A DNA stretch of 63,724 bases from Lama guanicoe (lineage: Eukaryota). The notes beneath the pieces are model-generated. The model was given only the letters and a program-made list of their open reading frames with translations, was not told the DNA's origin and did not search any database. Made by a program: the position numbers and the translations under genes. Below are positions 1 to 12,221 of this stretch, one piece after another. Within the stretch, counting starts at the first letter, position 1. Each line of letters opens with the position of its first letter. The stretch is from positions 8,269,303 to 8,333,026 of the forward strand of contig MU053652.1 in NCBI GenBank assembly GCA_013239625.1, given 5' to 3'.

Positions 1-133
1 TGTAGCTCTATAGTATTGTCTGAAGTCTGGGAGAGTTATTCCTCCAGCCTCTTTCTTTCTCTTCAGTAATGCTTTAGCAATTCTAGGTCTTTGATGGTTC
101 CATATAAATTTTATTATGATTTGTTCTAGTTCT
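1..133 (-). mobile_element. LINE-1 ORF2 3'-region fragment, cut by the window edge; 5'-truncation point near 133
   Basis: TGTAGCTCTATAGTATTGTCTGAAGTCTGGGAG...GATGGTTCCATATAAATTTT...TTGTTCTAGTTCT is the antisense of the conserved L1 ORF2 C-terminal region. Confidence 0.85.
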
Positions 134-470
134 ACCTCTGTTCTTAATGTGAAGTTTCTCTTCGAAAGTTATTTGTTACCATGGCTTTTAAATTTTAAAT
201 ACCACTAATTTTTTTTCTCTCTTTTAAAAAGTTGGTTTTTGCAGAGTGGAGCACTTTTAGGACGACAAAATACAGAAGGCTTATAATTTCTGACTTACTT
301 AAGGGGACTTGTGGTCTCTAGTGCAAGATAATATTTTTAGGTCCCAGCTGTGGTTCTAAGAGTAGTACAGTCAGGGACAGATCTCACTACTTTTGATTCT
401 GTGGCCCCACCAAGGTAGGGTATTGAGGAATTAGATGGACTGCTAATCAGATTGTGATGTAAGTCCTTAT

Positions 471-503
471 ATTCAGTATTTATTGATTCAGTATTTATTG
501 ATT
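471..503. repeat. 15-bp tandem duplication (ATTCAGTATTTATTG x2)
   Basis: Identical units at 471-485 and 486-500, then ATT. Confidence 0.9.
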
Positions 504-510
504 TAAAATT

Positions 511-533
511 AATAATAATAATAATAATAATAA
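511..533. repeat. (AAT)n microsatellite at a MIR tail
   Basis: Direct read of AATAATAAT... Confidence 0.9.
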
Positions 534-534
534 A

Positions 535-697
535 TAATAGTAAACATTTATATAGCACTCACAACTAGCAGATAGTATTCTAGGAGATGTATGTGTGTTT
601 TTATTGTAACACTTTGTGAAATCCATACTCATATTATCCCCAATTTATAAGAAACAGAGAGTTTCAATAACTTGCCTCAAATCACATAGCTGGTAAT
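535..697 (-). mobile_element. MIR SINE
   Basis: AACATTTAT..AGCACT...TATTATCCCCAATTTATAAG..AACAGAGAG...TAACTTGCCTCAAATCACATAGCTGGTAA matches the antisense MIR core. Confidence 0.75.
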
Positions 698-954
698 ATA
701 AACTGTGCTGTTTGTTTTCTCTGGCCAATGGCAATTTATTGGTTTTGTATCTAGAGGATCACCATCTGAGAATTATGATTACTGTAGTGATATGATATCC
801 CATTTCTACCAGAGATGATGAAACTTTTAATACTTAAGTAGGCACAGAGAAAAAGAAATGAGAATTGTTTTTCCTGAATAGGCACAAGGAGAAAGGGAAT
901 TCAGTATCTTTTGATTCAAAACAAATCTCTCTACTGCACTTTGTAGTAGTATTG

Positions 955-1105
955 ATAGCTACCATTTACAAAGCATCTTCTACGTGCTAGGGAACATAAT
1001 GCACTGTATATGTATATATTTCTCACTTAATTCTCACAATAGATCTTTCTGTAGTTTCTATTTTCATTTTATAGATGAGGAAATGCGGACAAAAGGACTT
1101 TGAGT
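955..1105 (-). mobile_element. MIR SINE
   Basis: CTCACTTAATTCTCACAA...CATTTTATAGATGAGGAAA core motif. Confidence 0.75.
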
Positions 1106-1469
1106 GAGTGATGGAATGATGAAACTGATCAATAATTCTTTATGCTTTCAATTGGGACACAGAAATTTTAAGTAAGTTCATAATGGTGAATGGTCCAGGG
1201 TTTAAATCATAAGACTGTTCAGTTCCAAAACCAAGAAAGTGATCAAAAGGAATTGATGAAATTGACTTGCACAAATGCACGGGTGTTTCTGCAAAATATT
1301 TTATCAAAGTAAATAAGGTAGGTGGTGTTGAAAATTTATGCTACATGATGTTTTTCTTGCTTCTGGTAGATGCCCTGAGATGATAATTATCTCATTCCTT
1401 GTGTATTTTGCTATATTAAAGTCTCAAAGTTTACAAAAAATGTGGTAAATATGCCCATGTTTTATTTCG

Positions 1470-1780
1470 CTTTTGTTTGTTTATTCAAAAAAACTTTATT
1501 TAAACACCAACTCTGACCATATGCCATCATGCCAAGTAATAGAGATACAGAGATAAGTAAAATATCTTCTTGGCTTCAAATTGCTCATGATTGAGTGGGT
1601 GAGATGATAAGCAAGTAATGACAAATGCACATGTAGGATGAAACTCTCATCTGGGGGCTTTTGGAGTGATCAGGGAAGCAATGTCAGGCAGCAGTGTCTA
1701 AGCAGAGGTTTGAAGGATGAATTGAATTTTTCCAGGCAGTCTGGGTGGGGAAGCTGATTTCAATCAAGGGAGAAAAGGTG
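1470..1780 (-). mobile_element. LINE-2 3' end
   Basis: TTTATTCAAAAAAACTTTATT...AGAGATACAGAGATAAG...CAGGGAAG...TTGAAGGATGAA matches the antisense L2 3' region. Confidence 0.65.
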
Positions 1781-4700
1781 AGATTTTAAGATATCACTAT
1801 GTGGAGAGAAAATAGAAAAACAAATTTACCTTGTCTGAGGACTGATCACTCCTCTAAAACAAGTGACTTTTTATTTTTGTACTAACAGCATTAATTTAAA
1901 AGCATGTTTCTGATTTCTTAAGAGGATATGCAATTGCAAGATCTTTTGTGGTAATACAGTTCCATCCAGAAAATTGTGGATGATTTCTCATTGTTTCCCA
2001 CTCGTCACTCTTAAAGACATTTATCTAATAAAACTGCATTTGATGATGCACATTTAAGAATTATTTATCAGATATATTGTAAGTGTAAGTCTTTTAATTG
2101 GGAAGTTAGAAGGCTCAGGATATATTTAAGTGTAATGGTTGAGTTGTAAATTGACCGTTTGTGATGATCAATTTCCCACCCAGACTTCCCACAAATTTCA
2201 ATTCATCCTTTCAAGACTCTGCTTAGACACTACTTCCTTTCTCATCTTCCTTTCCTAATAATTGAAGGGTCTTTAGAAATGTTATCTTTCCTTCCCCAGT
2301 CAGTGAAAGTATGTGAAATACAGTAATTTCTTTCAGTTTGAGAAATGCCATCTTCTAACGTAAAACGTCCCCAACTCTTCCCATTGATGTCTTTGACACG
2401 GCCTGTGTCATTCTAATTTGTCTCATTCCTGTCTATTCCAGTCTCTCACATCGTCCCCCAAGCTCTCCTATTTGTCCCTTCTCTCTTACTATCTAAATCT
2501 CATTCTAAATCACATCTTTCATTGACAAGCCTTTGTTTACTCGTGAATATGGAGATTTTTTCCACTCTGCCCAGTGCTTATGAATAGTGGGTTGATAGAT
2601 AAACTTTTTTCAGAGAGTTTTCCCAAATTGCTATTTTAACTGCTGATGAACTTCTTAATCCAGTCGCTAATTCAGTACTCCTGGGGGGGGGGTGTTTATT
2701 TGCTTAAAATCACAGACAACCCCAATCAGTGACACCATATAAAAGCCAGATTCTTTGTGTGCTTGTGATTGTGTGTGTGCTTGTGCGTGTGAATGCGCTG
2801 GAGGCAAACAAGCCTCAAGTATCATAGAATCTTCAGATTTTTGAGCCAAAAAATAATCTAGAGATCCTTTAATCCAGCCCCTTTATTTTAATAAAGAGCA
2901 AACTGAAGCCCAGAAATAACGCAGCAAGTAAGGGAGACCAGATAAGAAGGTAGGACCACAGGCTCCAACCTGTGCCACTGTACCCAGGGCTCTCAAGGAG
3001 ATCTGTTGAAATCAAGCAGGCTTGGCCTTTTGTAAAATGTAGATTTTTTTTTTTGGAATCTTTTAAAGAACTGGCCTGGAAAACACTGTCCAGTCTGGTT
3101 TTTGACATCATCTTTCATCTTGGTCGGTTTCTTTTCATTGGAGTGCAAGAAAGAAGAGGAGATTACATTTAAAATTGTTGACTGTCCTCAGCTCTGAAGC
3201 ACTTTGCAGTTCAGAGGAAAAAGGACATACATAGAAATTAGGTTCCTAAAGTAATTCCTAAGCCACTTGAAATGCATGATTTAAAAAAAAAATAACAAAA
3301 TGCTTGATTTAATACTCTGTGGGGAGAGGGTGGGAAACGCAGAGGAAACTGACCTTCCCCCCTTTGCTAAGGAAAGCCCATTTTGAAAGCCTCTTAGTCT
3401 TACAATTGATATCAGGACTTAGAGAAATTCTGAATGACAGGATTTACCTAGGCATTTCTCCAAAGTGAATCCTGTCATTTTCTTAAATATTTCTTTTCTT
3501 CTCTCAAGTCCTGTCATTCATACCAGACATTTGAACTCATGTTTTGGTTCTTTTTGTAACAATTAGCTAGTTTTTTTTTCCTATCCTAGAAAAAAGAAAT
3601 TAACCTTTCCAAGTACCATATATCCATAATGAGATTATTACCTAAGATTCCCACAAGCTCTTCCTTTGGGACTCACAGTTAAGTGGTGGCCTGATGATGG
3701 GTTGTTTTGGCTCTTCAGTCATACCGAGAGCACTCTCCTCCCCCTGCTGCTCTGAGGTCTGAGGGTTGCACTCTTCACTTCCTCTGTCACCCCTCCTGAA
3801 ACTTTGGGCTTTCTTCAGACTGGCTGTAGAATGCAGAAATGTACTTGCTCTCCTCCTCGGTAATTTCCTGTAGGTATAGAATTTCATACCTGGTATTTGA
3901 GCAGTGATGAGTGATTTGGGCTACCCCTTTAGAATCCACAATACAGTATTTCACAGGAGGGTGCAGAAAAAAATGAAGCTCATACCTAATTCTACATAAC
4001 AGTCTCAGGGGGAACAGAAATGTAGAAGTTAAGAGTCTAGGGGAGAAACCCAATTTTAAGTTTGGTAGGTTGCCTGCTGCTAGGGTGAACAGGGCATAAG
4101 TCTGAATGTAACCTTACTTTTTTGGATGTGCCCCAGAAATGTATCTGAGGGTATGAAAGCACACCTGGAACTCATGAAATAAGCTGCAGTGCATTCATTT
4201 CACCACCTTGAAGGAGGTGGGGCTAAGCAAGTCGTGTCTGCTAAATGTATTTTCTTATTTTTCTAATGTTCACTAGGTGTATAATACATATGTATGAACA
4301 TAAATGCATACATATGTCTGTCCCCAGTAATCATTATGGTCAGTTTGTAATTTGCTTCCTTCATGCAGAAAGAAGCTTTTGGAGTGAAAATGCTAGCTAT
4401 TTTACGTCTTAAAGACAATTCACTAGGTGAGAGCTGATCCTGCCTTCCTTAATAGCAAACTATTCAGCAGGAGTTTGGAGGCAGAAACATACATGGAAAT
4501 CACATATCCTCAATGTACACTTGAAGCTCATTTGAAGTTGTTCTTTTATGGTAATTATGGAATCTAGCCCTTAAAGATTTCCAAAGTAACTTGTCTATAA
4601 AAACAGTGATAACAAATGGCCTCATTGATTGTTAAATAAGTAACTTGTAATTTCTTTTCTTTATGTTCTGTTCTTTATGTCAGTGAAAGTCTAAAACTGG

Positions 4701-5659
4701 GGATAAAAGTGGACCTAAAGAACAGGGTGGACTTGAGGTGGTCATGGAGAAGACTATCACAGATGTGATAAGTAGGGCTTATCCAAAGATAGATCATCCC
4801 TGGCTTGCTCACAAGACTGAAATACCAGCATCACTAACTGCTTCAGGATCCAAAGACAGTGGTTGCAAGGCTCCTTTGGGGTAGGTGGAAATCCACTGAG
4901 TCATTATCAAGGTGGCCTCCTTGGTATAAGATATTTTTTATGTTTCCTAGTAGAATGCCTGATATGAGAAAAACCAGTGCATTTAATAGTATTGAAAAGG
5001 AGAGAGGAGGAATGGGGTAGGAGCAAGGTTTCCATGAGGAACTACTGGAGTGCTACAGAGGGCCCTGGACGGTCACTAAGGTTGCTGAAAAGGGGGTGAG
5101 GGGAACCATCAACACAATATGTGACCTTGCAGCATTATCCAGCTCTTTTCCCCCTCTACATCGTAGTCCACACAGAAATTGAGCACACTGGGTTTGAAGA
5201 GATCAATATTTTGGCACCTTTGTAGCACACGCATTGCTGTGTGCTGACTGGAAACCTGAGCTGTCAGGATGAACTATAAGCAGTCTTACTATGGACAGAT
5301 GACACTTGGCTTCTGATATGTGGTCACTGCATATTATGTTGACACTCAGCTGCTGGGTCGGGGGGGCAAGGGCGGCATTGGATGTGGGCTCACTCATTTG
5401 AGAGGCTTTCATCAGGAAAATCCCTTGGTGACCTCACCCTGCTATTAGTATCTGTCTCCTCTTCCCAAGGGAGTGGTAATAGTAGGGGCACAGCCTGAAT
5501 GGGTGCTTAAAAAACAGTTGCACAGCTGCAGAACCTTTCATCACTGACTCTCACTACAAGTGCAGGCATTTTGGCCAGTCACATCTTGGCCAGTATGAAT
5601 TCCACAGCTTTCTTTCCACTGCATAGACTCATCATATGCACTCAACTTTACAGGGAATT

Positions 5660-5765
5660 TATAGTTCACAGAACGTTTTTCATGAATGCTTCATCACTTT
5701 ATTTTCATAATAACCCTGCGAGGTGGGTATTATTATTTTGATGATTATTTCATTTTTATGATAAT
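5660..5765 (-). mobile_element. MIR fragment
   Basis: CATAATAACCCTGCGAGGTGGGTATTATTATT. Confidence 0.6.
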
Positions 5766-5831
5766 GTAACAAATGTATTTTTTTCTCATGGGTTGTTTCA
5801 ATTCACAAACATTGTTTAAATATATAATACC

Positions 5832-6358
5832 TGTGGTCAGCAAAATGCTGCCCTGCCTACCCACCCTGCTTCAAAGACGTCGTCATTCTAATCCCTGAAA
5901 CCTGTGAATTTGTTAAGGTTTCATGGCAAAAGAGAATTAAGATTGCAGATGGAATTAAGGTTGCTAATCAGATGCTAATGCTTTAAAATAGGGAATTTAT
6001 CCCAAGTTATCTAGATGAGCCCACTGTAAATACAAGGGATCTTAAAAGTAGAAGGGCAGGCAAAAGAGGACAGAGTGATGCTATATGAGAAGGACTAGAC
6101 CTGCTGATGCTGGCTTTGAAAATAAAGAACTGGGACCAAGGACCAAAGAATTTGGGTGGCCCCTCGCACCTGGAAAAGGTGAGGAAACAGTCTCCACAGG
6201 AGCTTCCAGAAAAGAACACAGTCTGGCTGACATCCTGATTTTAACCCAGTTAAGCATGCATGGGATTTCTAACCTACAAAATTGTAAGACAATAAATTTG
6301 CACTGTTTCAAGCCACTAAGTTTGAGGTAATTTATTACAGCAGCCCCAGAACACTAAG
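5832..6358 (+). mobile_element. MaLR solo LTR, MLT1D-like
   Basis: Starts TGTGG; contains GAATTAAGATTGCAGATGGAATTAAGGTTGCTAATCAG and AATAAATTTG..TGTTTCAAGCCACTAAGTTTG..GTAATTTATTACAGCAGC typical of MLT1 LTRs. Confidence 0.85.
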
Positions 6359-7089
6359 ATTTTCTACATGAGTGAATGGTCTAGGCACCTAAAGTGGAAT
6401 ATTTTGACTGACAGTTTTAATCTTTTAGATGGAAATATTCCTTAAATAAATGTTGCATTTTCCTAGTACATTAAGCAGGATGCATTGATCCCTATTTAAC
6501 TTTCTTAATAATTGTGGAACATAGTTATGAAAACAAAGGTTTGGGGCTATAACAATACAGATGAGCTCTCAAATGCCATTGATGTGGGAAGTGCTATTGG
6601 CTATTACACTAAAAGAGCCTAGTTTATAGTTCTTGTTTTGTTTTTGTTTTTGTTTTTAAGTTCTTGGGTCTCTTTTATCCTTATCATTTCTAGTTGCTGG
6701 CTGTTTATAAGTTTCTACCCGTGGCCGACCACCACCAGTGCTGCTTATAATCTGTCCAAACTTGTTTAGAAAAGTAGACAAAATTATTTTGGTTGAATTC
6801 AGAAAATATATTCTGAGTGTCTTCTATATATACATACTTCAAATGTGTTTGGTTTTTCAGAGGCTAGAACATAATGAATGCAAAATCTGTCAGTATTTTG
6901 TATATATTAAATATTCACTACAGGCCTGTGAGATAAATAGGAGACTAATAAAGGCATAATTTCTGTGGGTTCATCTCTGTCTGACCTAAAGGAGACAAGA
7001 CTGTATTTTAAATCAATAAGCTTGAGGTGAGGGCTGGGGGCTCCGAGATGGCTACAAGTTGGAGCCACTGCTAAGCCCTCATGGTTGGG

Positions 7090-7426
7090 AGGTGAAAGAG
7101 GAGAGTAGAGGTCAGGCTGGCAAAGGGGAGAGTAGAGGTCAGGCTGGCGAGGAAGGCAGGGCTGTGATCACGAGTTTGGATTTTATTTTACAAGAAGAGC
7201 ATTAATGAGAAAAACAACATAATCAGAGCAAAGGTCACTTGACTACTGTGCGGACAATAGATCGGGTGGGAGTGAGAGGGCCAAGAGAGTGATAAGATTG
7301 AGAGGAGACCAGTGACAAGGAAGCTGTGTCAGCAGTCCAGGCAGCAGAGTGGTGGCTTCGACTAAGGTGGCAGCAGCGGAACTGGAGAGAAGGGGCGGGA
7401 GTCAGGATATACTTTGGAGACAGAGC
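7090..7426 (-). mobile_element. LINE-2 fragment
   Basis: GAGTTTGGATTTTATT...GGAGACCAGT...AGTCCAGGCA...GGTGGCTT.GACTAAGGTGG...GGAGAGAAG antisense L2 pattern. Confidence 0.7.
7100..7148. repeat. 22-bp direct repeat with 27-bp period (GGAGAGTAGAGGTCAGGCTGGC x2)
   Basis: Identical copies at 7100-7121 and 7127-7148. Confidence 0.9.
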
Positions 7427-8784
7427 ATGTTACTCAGATCTTAAATGCAAGGGTTGTGATACCATGTTGGGCAAATAGTCAAGGTATTCAATGTAATAGG
7501 GGAGCTACAACCTGACATAAATCACATCAATACAAGGTAAAAGGTCCTAGAGGTCATAGCAGAGGTAGACACAGTATGGAGACCTTGGCAATATTTAAAT
7601 CAAGACTGATTACTTTCCCTCACTGTTAGAAGCTTAAAATTGGACCCTCCAACAAAGCTGGGGGGAACTCGTCCCCTTTTTGCATCCCTCTGAGTGTCCC
7701 TTCTCCTGCTCTTCTCAACGCTGGAGTTCTGACTCTCGAGTGACCACTCAAGCAGGCCAGGCAGATTCCTGCCTGCTCCAGGCTCCACCATCGATACCTT
7801 TAACCCAAGAAGGGTTCTAGAAAAACTCGGAAACTTGATAGAAATGTTTACATATGAATCTTGTAGAAAATACAGTTTTTGATTGAACTTATCCTGGGCT
7901 CAGAGATCTAAGTGGTACCATCTCAGTTCTAAGAAAATCTGGAAAACCAGTATATCATTCAGTTAAACAAGACATACTTCATATGTTGAATTTCAGCTTA
8001 TTTGAATTCCTATTTCTTTGACTCAATAAAGGATCCAGATACTGAGATAATGATACAAGATTCTTTGACCTAGGCTGTGAACACCAGATGCCAAGTTTTC
8101 CCAATAAAATGGACATTTTCTGGCAAATACTAACATTTATCATTCAAATATATTTTTCATTTTATTTTTTTATAAAAATACCTCAGAGGAAGCCTGATTT
8201 TTCAAAAAGCAATAAACTTTTTATGTCTAGGCAGAAATTCCTTGAGTTCTATACGATGTTATGACCCTCTGTTTATCTTCATATTCCCTTGAACATCAGG
8301 GTTTAAGGCCCCCCAGCCCTTTAAGAATTATAACCAAGGCTGATCAATCACTCATTTCTCACTGTATTAGAAGTAATAAGAATACCACCAATTGGTAGAA
8401 TTTGTCATTTTTCTAGATTAAACATGTTTCTACCTTAGTAGCCAAAAAGTAAAGATTGCTGCTTGATTTTTCAACTCTAAAAATGATGATAACAGTGTGG
8501 TCACAAAAAAAAAAAAAGAAAACTTGAACGTCCTTTCTAAATCCCTTTCAAATAAGGTTAGATTGATTTTTTTTTAACATAGGCAAAAATCAGATCTTTT
8601 CCCCTTCAGTGGTACTCTTCAACAAACTGACATTCACAGGGAGTGCTTTCCCGCATTCTGAGAATTTTAAGTGATTAAGTCAGCCAAGCAGCCCTTATGC
8701 AGGTAGAAAATCACAACCAATGGCCAGAAGGTGATTCAAACAGTGACGATCTGTTGAGAGTTGCCTCTGAGCCTGTTGACCGGA

Positions 8785-8952
8785 GGAGCTCAACCTTGGC
8801 TGCACGCTAGAATCACCTGGGTAGCTTTGAAAATGCTGACTCTCGGGCCATACTCCAGACCAACTAAGCAGAACTCTGGAGGAGGGTCCTGGGCATGACT
8901 GTTTCTGAGACTCCGCACGTGATCCCCAAATGCAGCCATGATGAAACCGCTG
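8785..8952. mobile_element. MER5-family hAT-Charlie MITE
   Basis: CTCAACCTTGGCTGCAC.CTAGAATCACCTGGG.AGCTT...GTGAT...ATGCAGCCA.GATGAAACCGCTG palindromic MER5 structure. Confidence 0.8.
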
Positions 8953-9309
8953 ATGCACAACGGTGGTGCTTTCCCATCCGCGTTACTTAGGGGTTTCCTT
9001 CAGACTTACGTGAATCGTAGCGAACTGGAGTTCAGAACTCTCAGGATGAGGAGGTCATTCGGTAAAGGGCACAAGAAAGTTGGCACTATGTGCTGCTTAC
9101 TGTCCGTGAGCAGGTGTGCACCATGTGATTGCTTTGAAGAACTGGATGAAAAGAATTCACCACCCCCTAAACAGAGCCGTTTCCTCAATAGGTCCAACCC
9201 GCTCAGTTACTGCATTGTGTTTCCTCACTAAAAAAAAGACAGGACCTTGGAAGGACAATGAAAGAGGAAGCTTAGTAATTATTTACCTGTTCTGCTAGGT
9301 GCCAAGACA

Positions 9310-9463
9310 CCTATGAATCACAGTAAGTGGGTGAACAAACACTGGCCACTCAGGAACTTGGCTTCCGTACAAAGCCCAGTAATCATGGGACAATAGGAGG
9401 AGCAGGGACTGTTTCTAACAGGGGAGAAAAGTCTACTCCCAGCAGAAAGACTTTCCCATCACA

Positions 9464-9514
<51 letters not shown>

Positions 9515-9664
9515 TGAATCACAGTAAGTGGGTGAACAAACACTGGCCGCTCAGGAACTTGGCTTCCGTACAAAGCCCAGTAACCATGGGACAATAGGAG
9601 GGAGCAGGGACTGTTTCTAACTGGGGAGAAAAGTCTACTCCCAGCAGAAAGACTTTCCCATCAC

Positions 9665-9709
<45 letters not shown>
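9310..9709. repeat. Tandem duplication of a ~200-bp unit, each copy ending in a long (CA)n
   Basis: CCTATGAATCACAGTAAGTGGG...CTTTCCCATCACAAC(CA)n starts at 9310 and again at 9511; about 5 differences between copies. Confidence 0.97.
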
Positions 9710-9711
<2 letters not shown>

Positions 9712-10699
9712 AAGACTGTTTATGTTTGAAGGAACTGTTACGCACAGGAGGTGAAAGCATCCTTTATAAAGGAATACTTAAAAACTATTTGAAGATGGAG
9801 GTTGCAACTGAATTCGAGTTTCTCAGTCTTTCTGTAGCAATCCAAATTATGATATGCTAATTGAGTAAATATAGATTGATGTTAACAAATGGATAAAGGA
9901 CTATTACTCCCCCTACACTCACAATGTTTATGTGTTTTGGCCTCTGCTCCAACATCTTTCCAAGTTTTTATTCAAGGAGCACAGGTTAGCAGAGGATGTT
10001 TTGCAGTTGAAACTGATAAACATCTGGGAATCCAGGTGCTCGACATTTCAATTCTCTGTAGCAGAAGCGTTCCTTCATCATATGAAACTGTCACATTCTT
10101 ATTTTGCCTAATGATACCATCATTATCATATTCACTTGAGTGACAAAATGCCAGATTCATGCTCATCAATTTTCTGCTGTGTCTCTCCAAATCAAAGAGC
10201 TTTCTCTTTTTAAATCTATCAAATTAGCACGGTGGGCTCAGTCAACAGAGAGTGGTGTTTCAGTAGTGATATTCAAAAATTATGCGCCATTTTTGTCCGT
10301 CTTTGTAATTCATGCATTAAATTTAGTACTGCCAGGATTTAGCTATTTAAGCTTGAATTGTTCTGAATTTAATTATGTGTATCAAGGCAAATATTTAAGT
10401 GTGAAAATTTCAATCACAAGAAATTAGAAAAAAGTAAACACAATTTAGAGAGGAGGGATAGGAAGAAATATTATATCAATCTGCTAACCTATATGATTCT
10501 AATTTTTTGACTCAATTAAAAGAATACATTTGCTTTTCATGTATTTAAAAATGGTGCTTTGTCTAAACACACATTAAGCAAGCATCGTTAGTAGAAATTA
10601 CATGAAAATAGTTATGGGAGTTGAAAGGTCTGTAGTAACTTAATAAGTGATTTGAGGAGACAATACAGAAAGCAAAAAGGAAAGAAAGATACCTGAGTT

Positions 10700-10894
10700 G
10701 TTAGGGGCTTTGGCTCTGGAATCAAATAATTTGAGTTTATGCTTTGGCTCAGGCATTTATATGTGAACTGGGCAAGTTACTGAACCGTTCCAAGCCTTAT
10801 TTCAATGCTGCCTAATTCATATGTTTGTTGTTTGGATGCAAGTAAACAACATGTCCTGCATGTAGTGAGTGCTCAGGACAGATTAGCTATTATT
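10700..10894 (+). mobile_element. MIR SINE
   Basis: GGCTCTGGAATCA...TGTGAACTGGGCAAGTTACTGAACC...TAGTGAGTGCTCA...TAGCTATTATT. Confidence 0.75.
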
Positions 10895-11189
10895 TGTTAA
10901 TAAGAAGAATTAGTGTATGTTTTATTACATTAGCTTAAATGATATTATATGGTTATATTGTAAGGTAATTTTATTTCCAGTTATAGACTGGTACCTGAGA
11001 GGGAAGAGTAGACAAAGGGTATCCAGATTTCAGCTAACATTTGAAAGATATTTTCATAATACTCTTGTGAATTAACCTAAAGCACGCAGGGTAGTAGTTC
11101 AGCGTGACAAACTTGTAACTAGACAATTAACCCTTCAATAACTAATTGCCATCAATGAATTTGAACTCACTAAACAGGATCTGCTTCAG

Positions 11190-11485
11190 CTCAACTAATG
11201 GCACCATCCAAACAGCCACTTGATCGTATAAATAGAATCCTCTCGGCCTCTGAAATTCTTGGCATTCCTTCGCTGCCCCTCCCCACCAGCCATTAACACA
11301 GATTTTGCTGATTACAACTCTTGGAAACCCTCCAAACTCTTCCTTTTCCCCCATTTCTCTCTCCTTTCCTCTCCCACCTTGGGTCTCTGCAGTCCCTTTC
11401 TCCTGCCCACGGATCTCTTGAATTTCTGCTTTAAGAAATTTCTTACTTTCCTAACACAGTTGCCTTCTCTGTCTTCTCAGTCCAT
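11190..11485 (+). mobile_element. LINE-2 fragment
   Basis: CTCAACTAATGGCACCATCCA... followed by pyrimidine-rich L2-like body. Confidence 0.55.
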
Positions 11486-11823
11486 AGGAAGCAAGCCCTC
11501 ATCTTTCCTCCCATTACAGGATGGCTGACAAATACAATCTTAGTATGAAAGTTAATTAGTTTACACTGTATCTTGAGCACAGTTTTACCAAATTCCCAAA
11601 TTAATTCTCTGTTCCCTGGTTCAGTGTAGGACACACAGTTAAACCCTCTGGCTTCACACAAATCAGAAGAACAACATATATGTGGAAGCTCTAATTGCTA
11701 ATGGTTCTTTAACTCTGTGTAAGTCAACACAGTGACATGTATTACACCAGCATAAAGATAAATGCAGTGGACTCTTGCCATGTATCTAAGAAGAGATCTC
11801 AAGCATGAGGAAGACTGAAGTAA

Positions 11824-11995
11824 GTGGTATGGCAGTCGAGAGCCTGGGTTGTAGGGTCAGACTGTCTCATTCAAATCTGTTCTCGATGGAACCTTGGGGA
11901 AGTTATTCACTCTTTACTAGAGATGCTATGCGAGCAACCATATCAATTGCTTAGCACAGTACCTGCTATATTTTCAGCATCCTATGACTGGTAGG
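11824..11995 (+). mobile_element. MIR SINE
   Basis: GTCAGACTG...TTCAAATC...ACCTTGGGGAAGTTATTCACTCT...GCTTAGCACAGTACCTG. Confidence 0.65.
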
Positions 11996-12221
11996 TCAAA
12001 GTGATGATCTTGTTCTGTATCTCTGGGAGTGTTTGTATGTACCAGCGGGTGTGCATACTTTAATTTTCCCTTCCAGGGTGACCTCCGGCACGATTCCAAA
12101 GAAAGGAGGAAACAGAGGTGGGGCAGTTACTTTCAAAGGATGAGATGTTTACATATAAGACTTTATAAAATCTACTTGCTGTTGTGCTGGCTTCCTGAAA
12201 ATTTCCATACATAAATAATAG

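Noticed and set aside
3691..3760. TGATGA...CTGA resembling a box C/D snoRNA
   Set aside because: Imperfect C box, terminal stem in the wrong register, no recognisable rRNA guide
3642..4053. Overlapping minus ORFs (EITEEESKYISAFY...)
   Set aside because: Peptides not recognised and splice signals are weak
9310..9709. Repeat-spacer-like appearance suggesting CRISPR
   Set aside because: Only two ~200-bp units with microsatellites in mammalian DNA; no unique spacers or cas genes
12077..12117. Strong + acceptor (TTTTCCCTTCCAG) with a short open exon
   Set aside because: Only a weak GTGGGG donor follows
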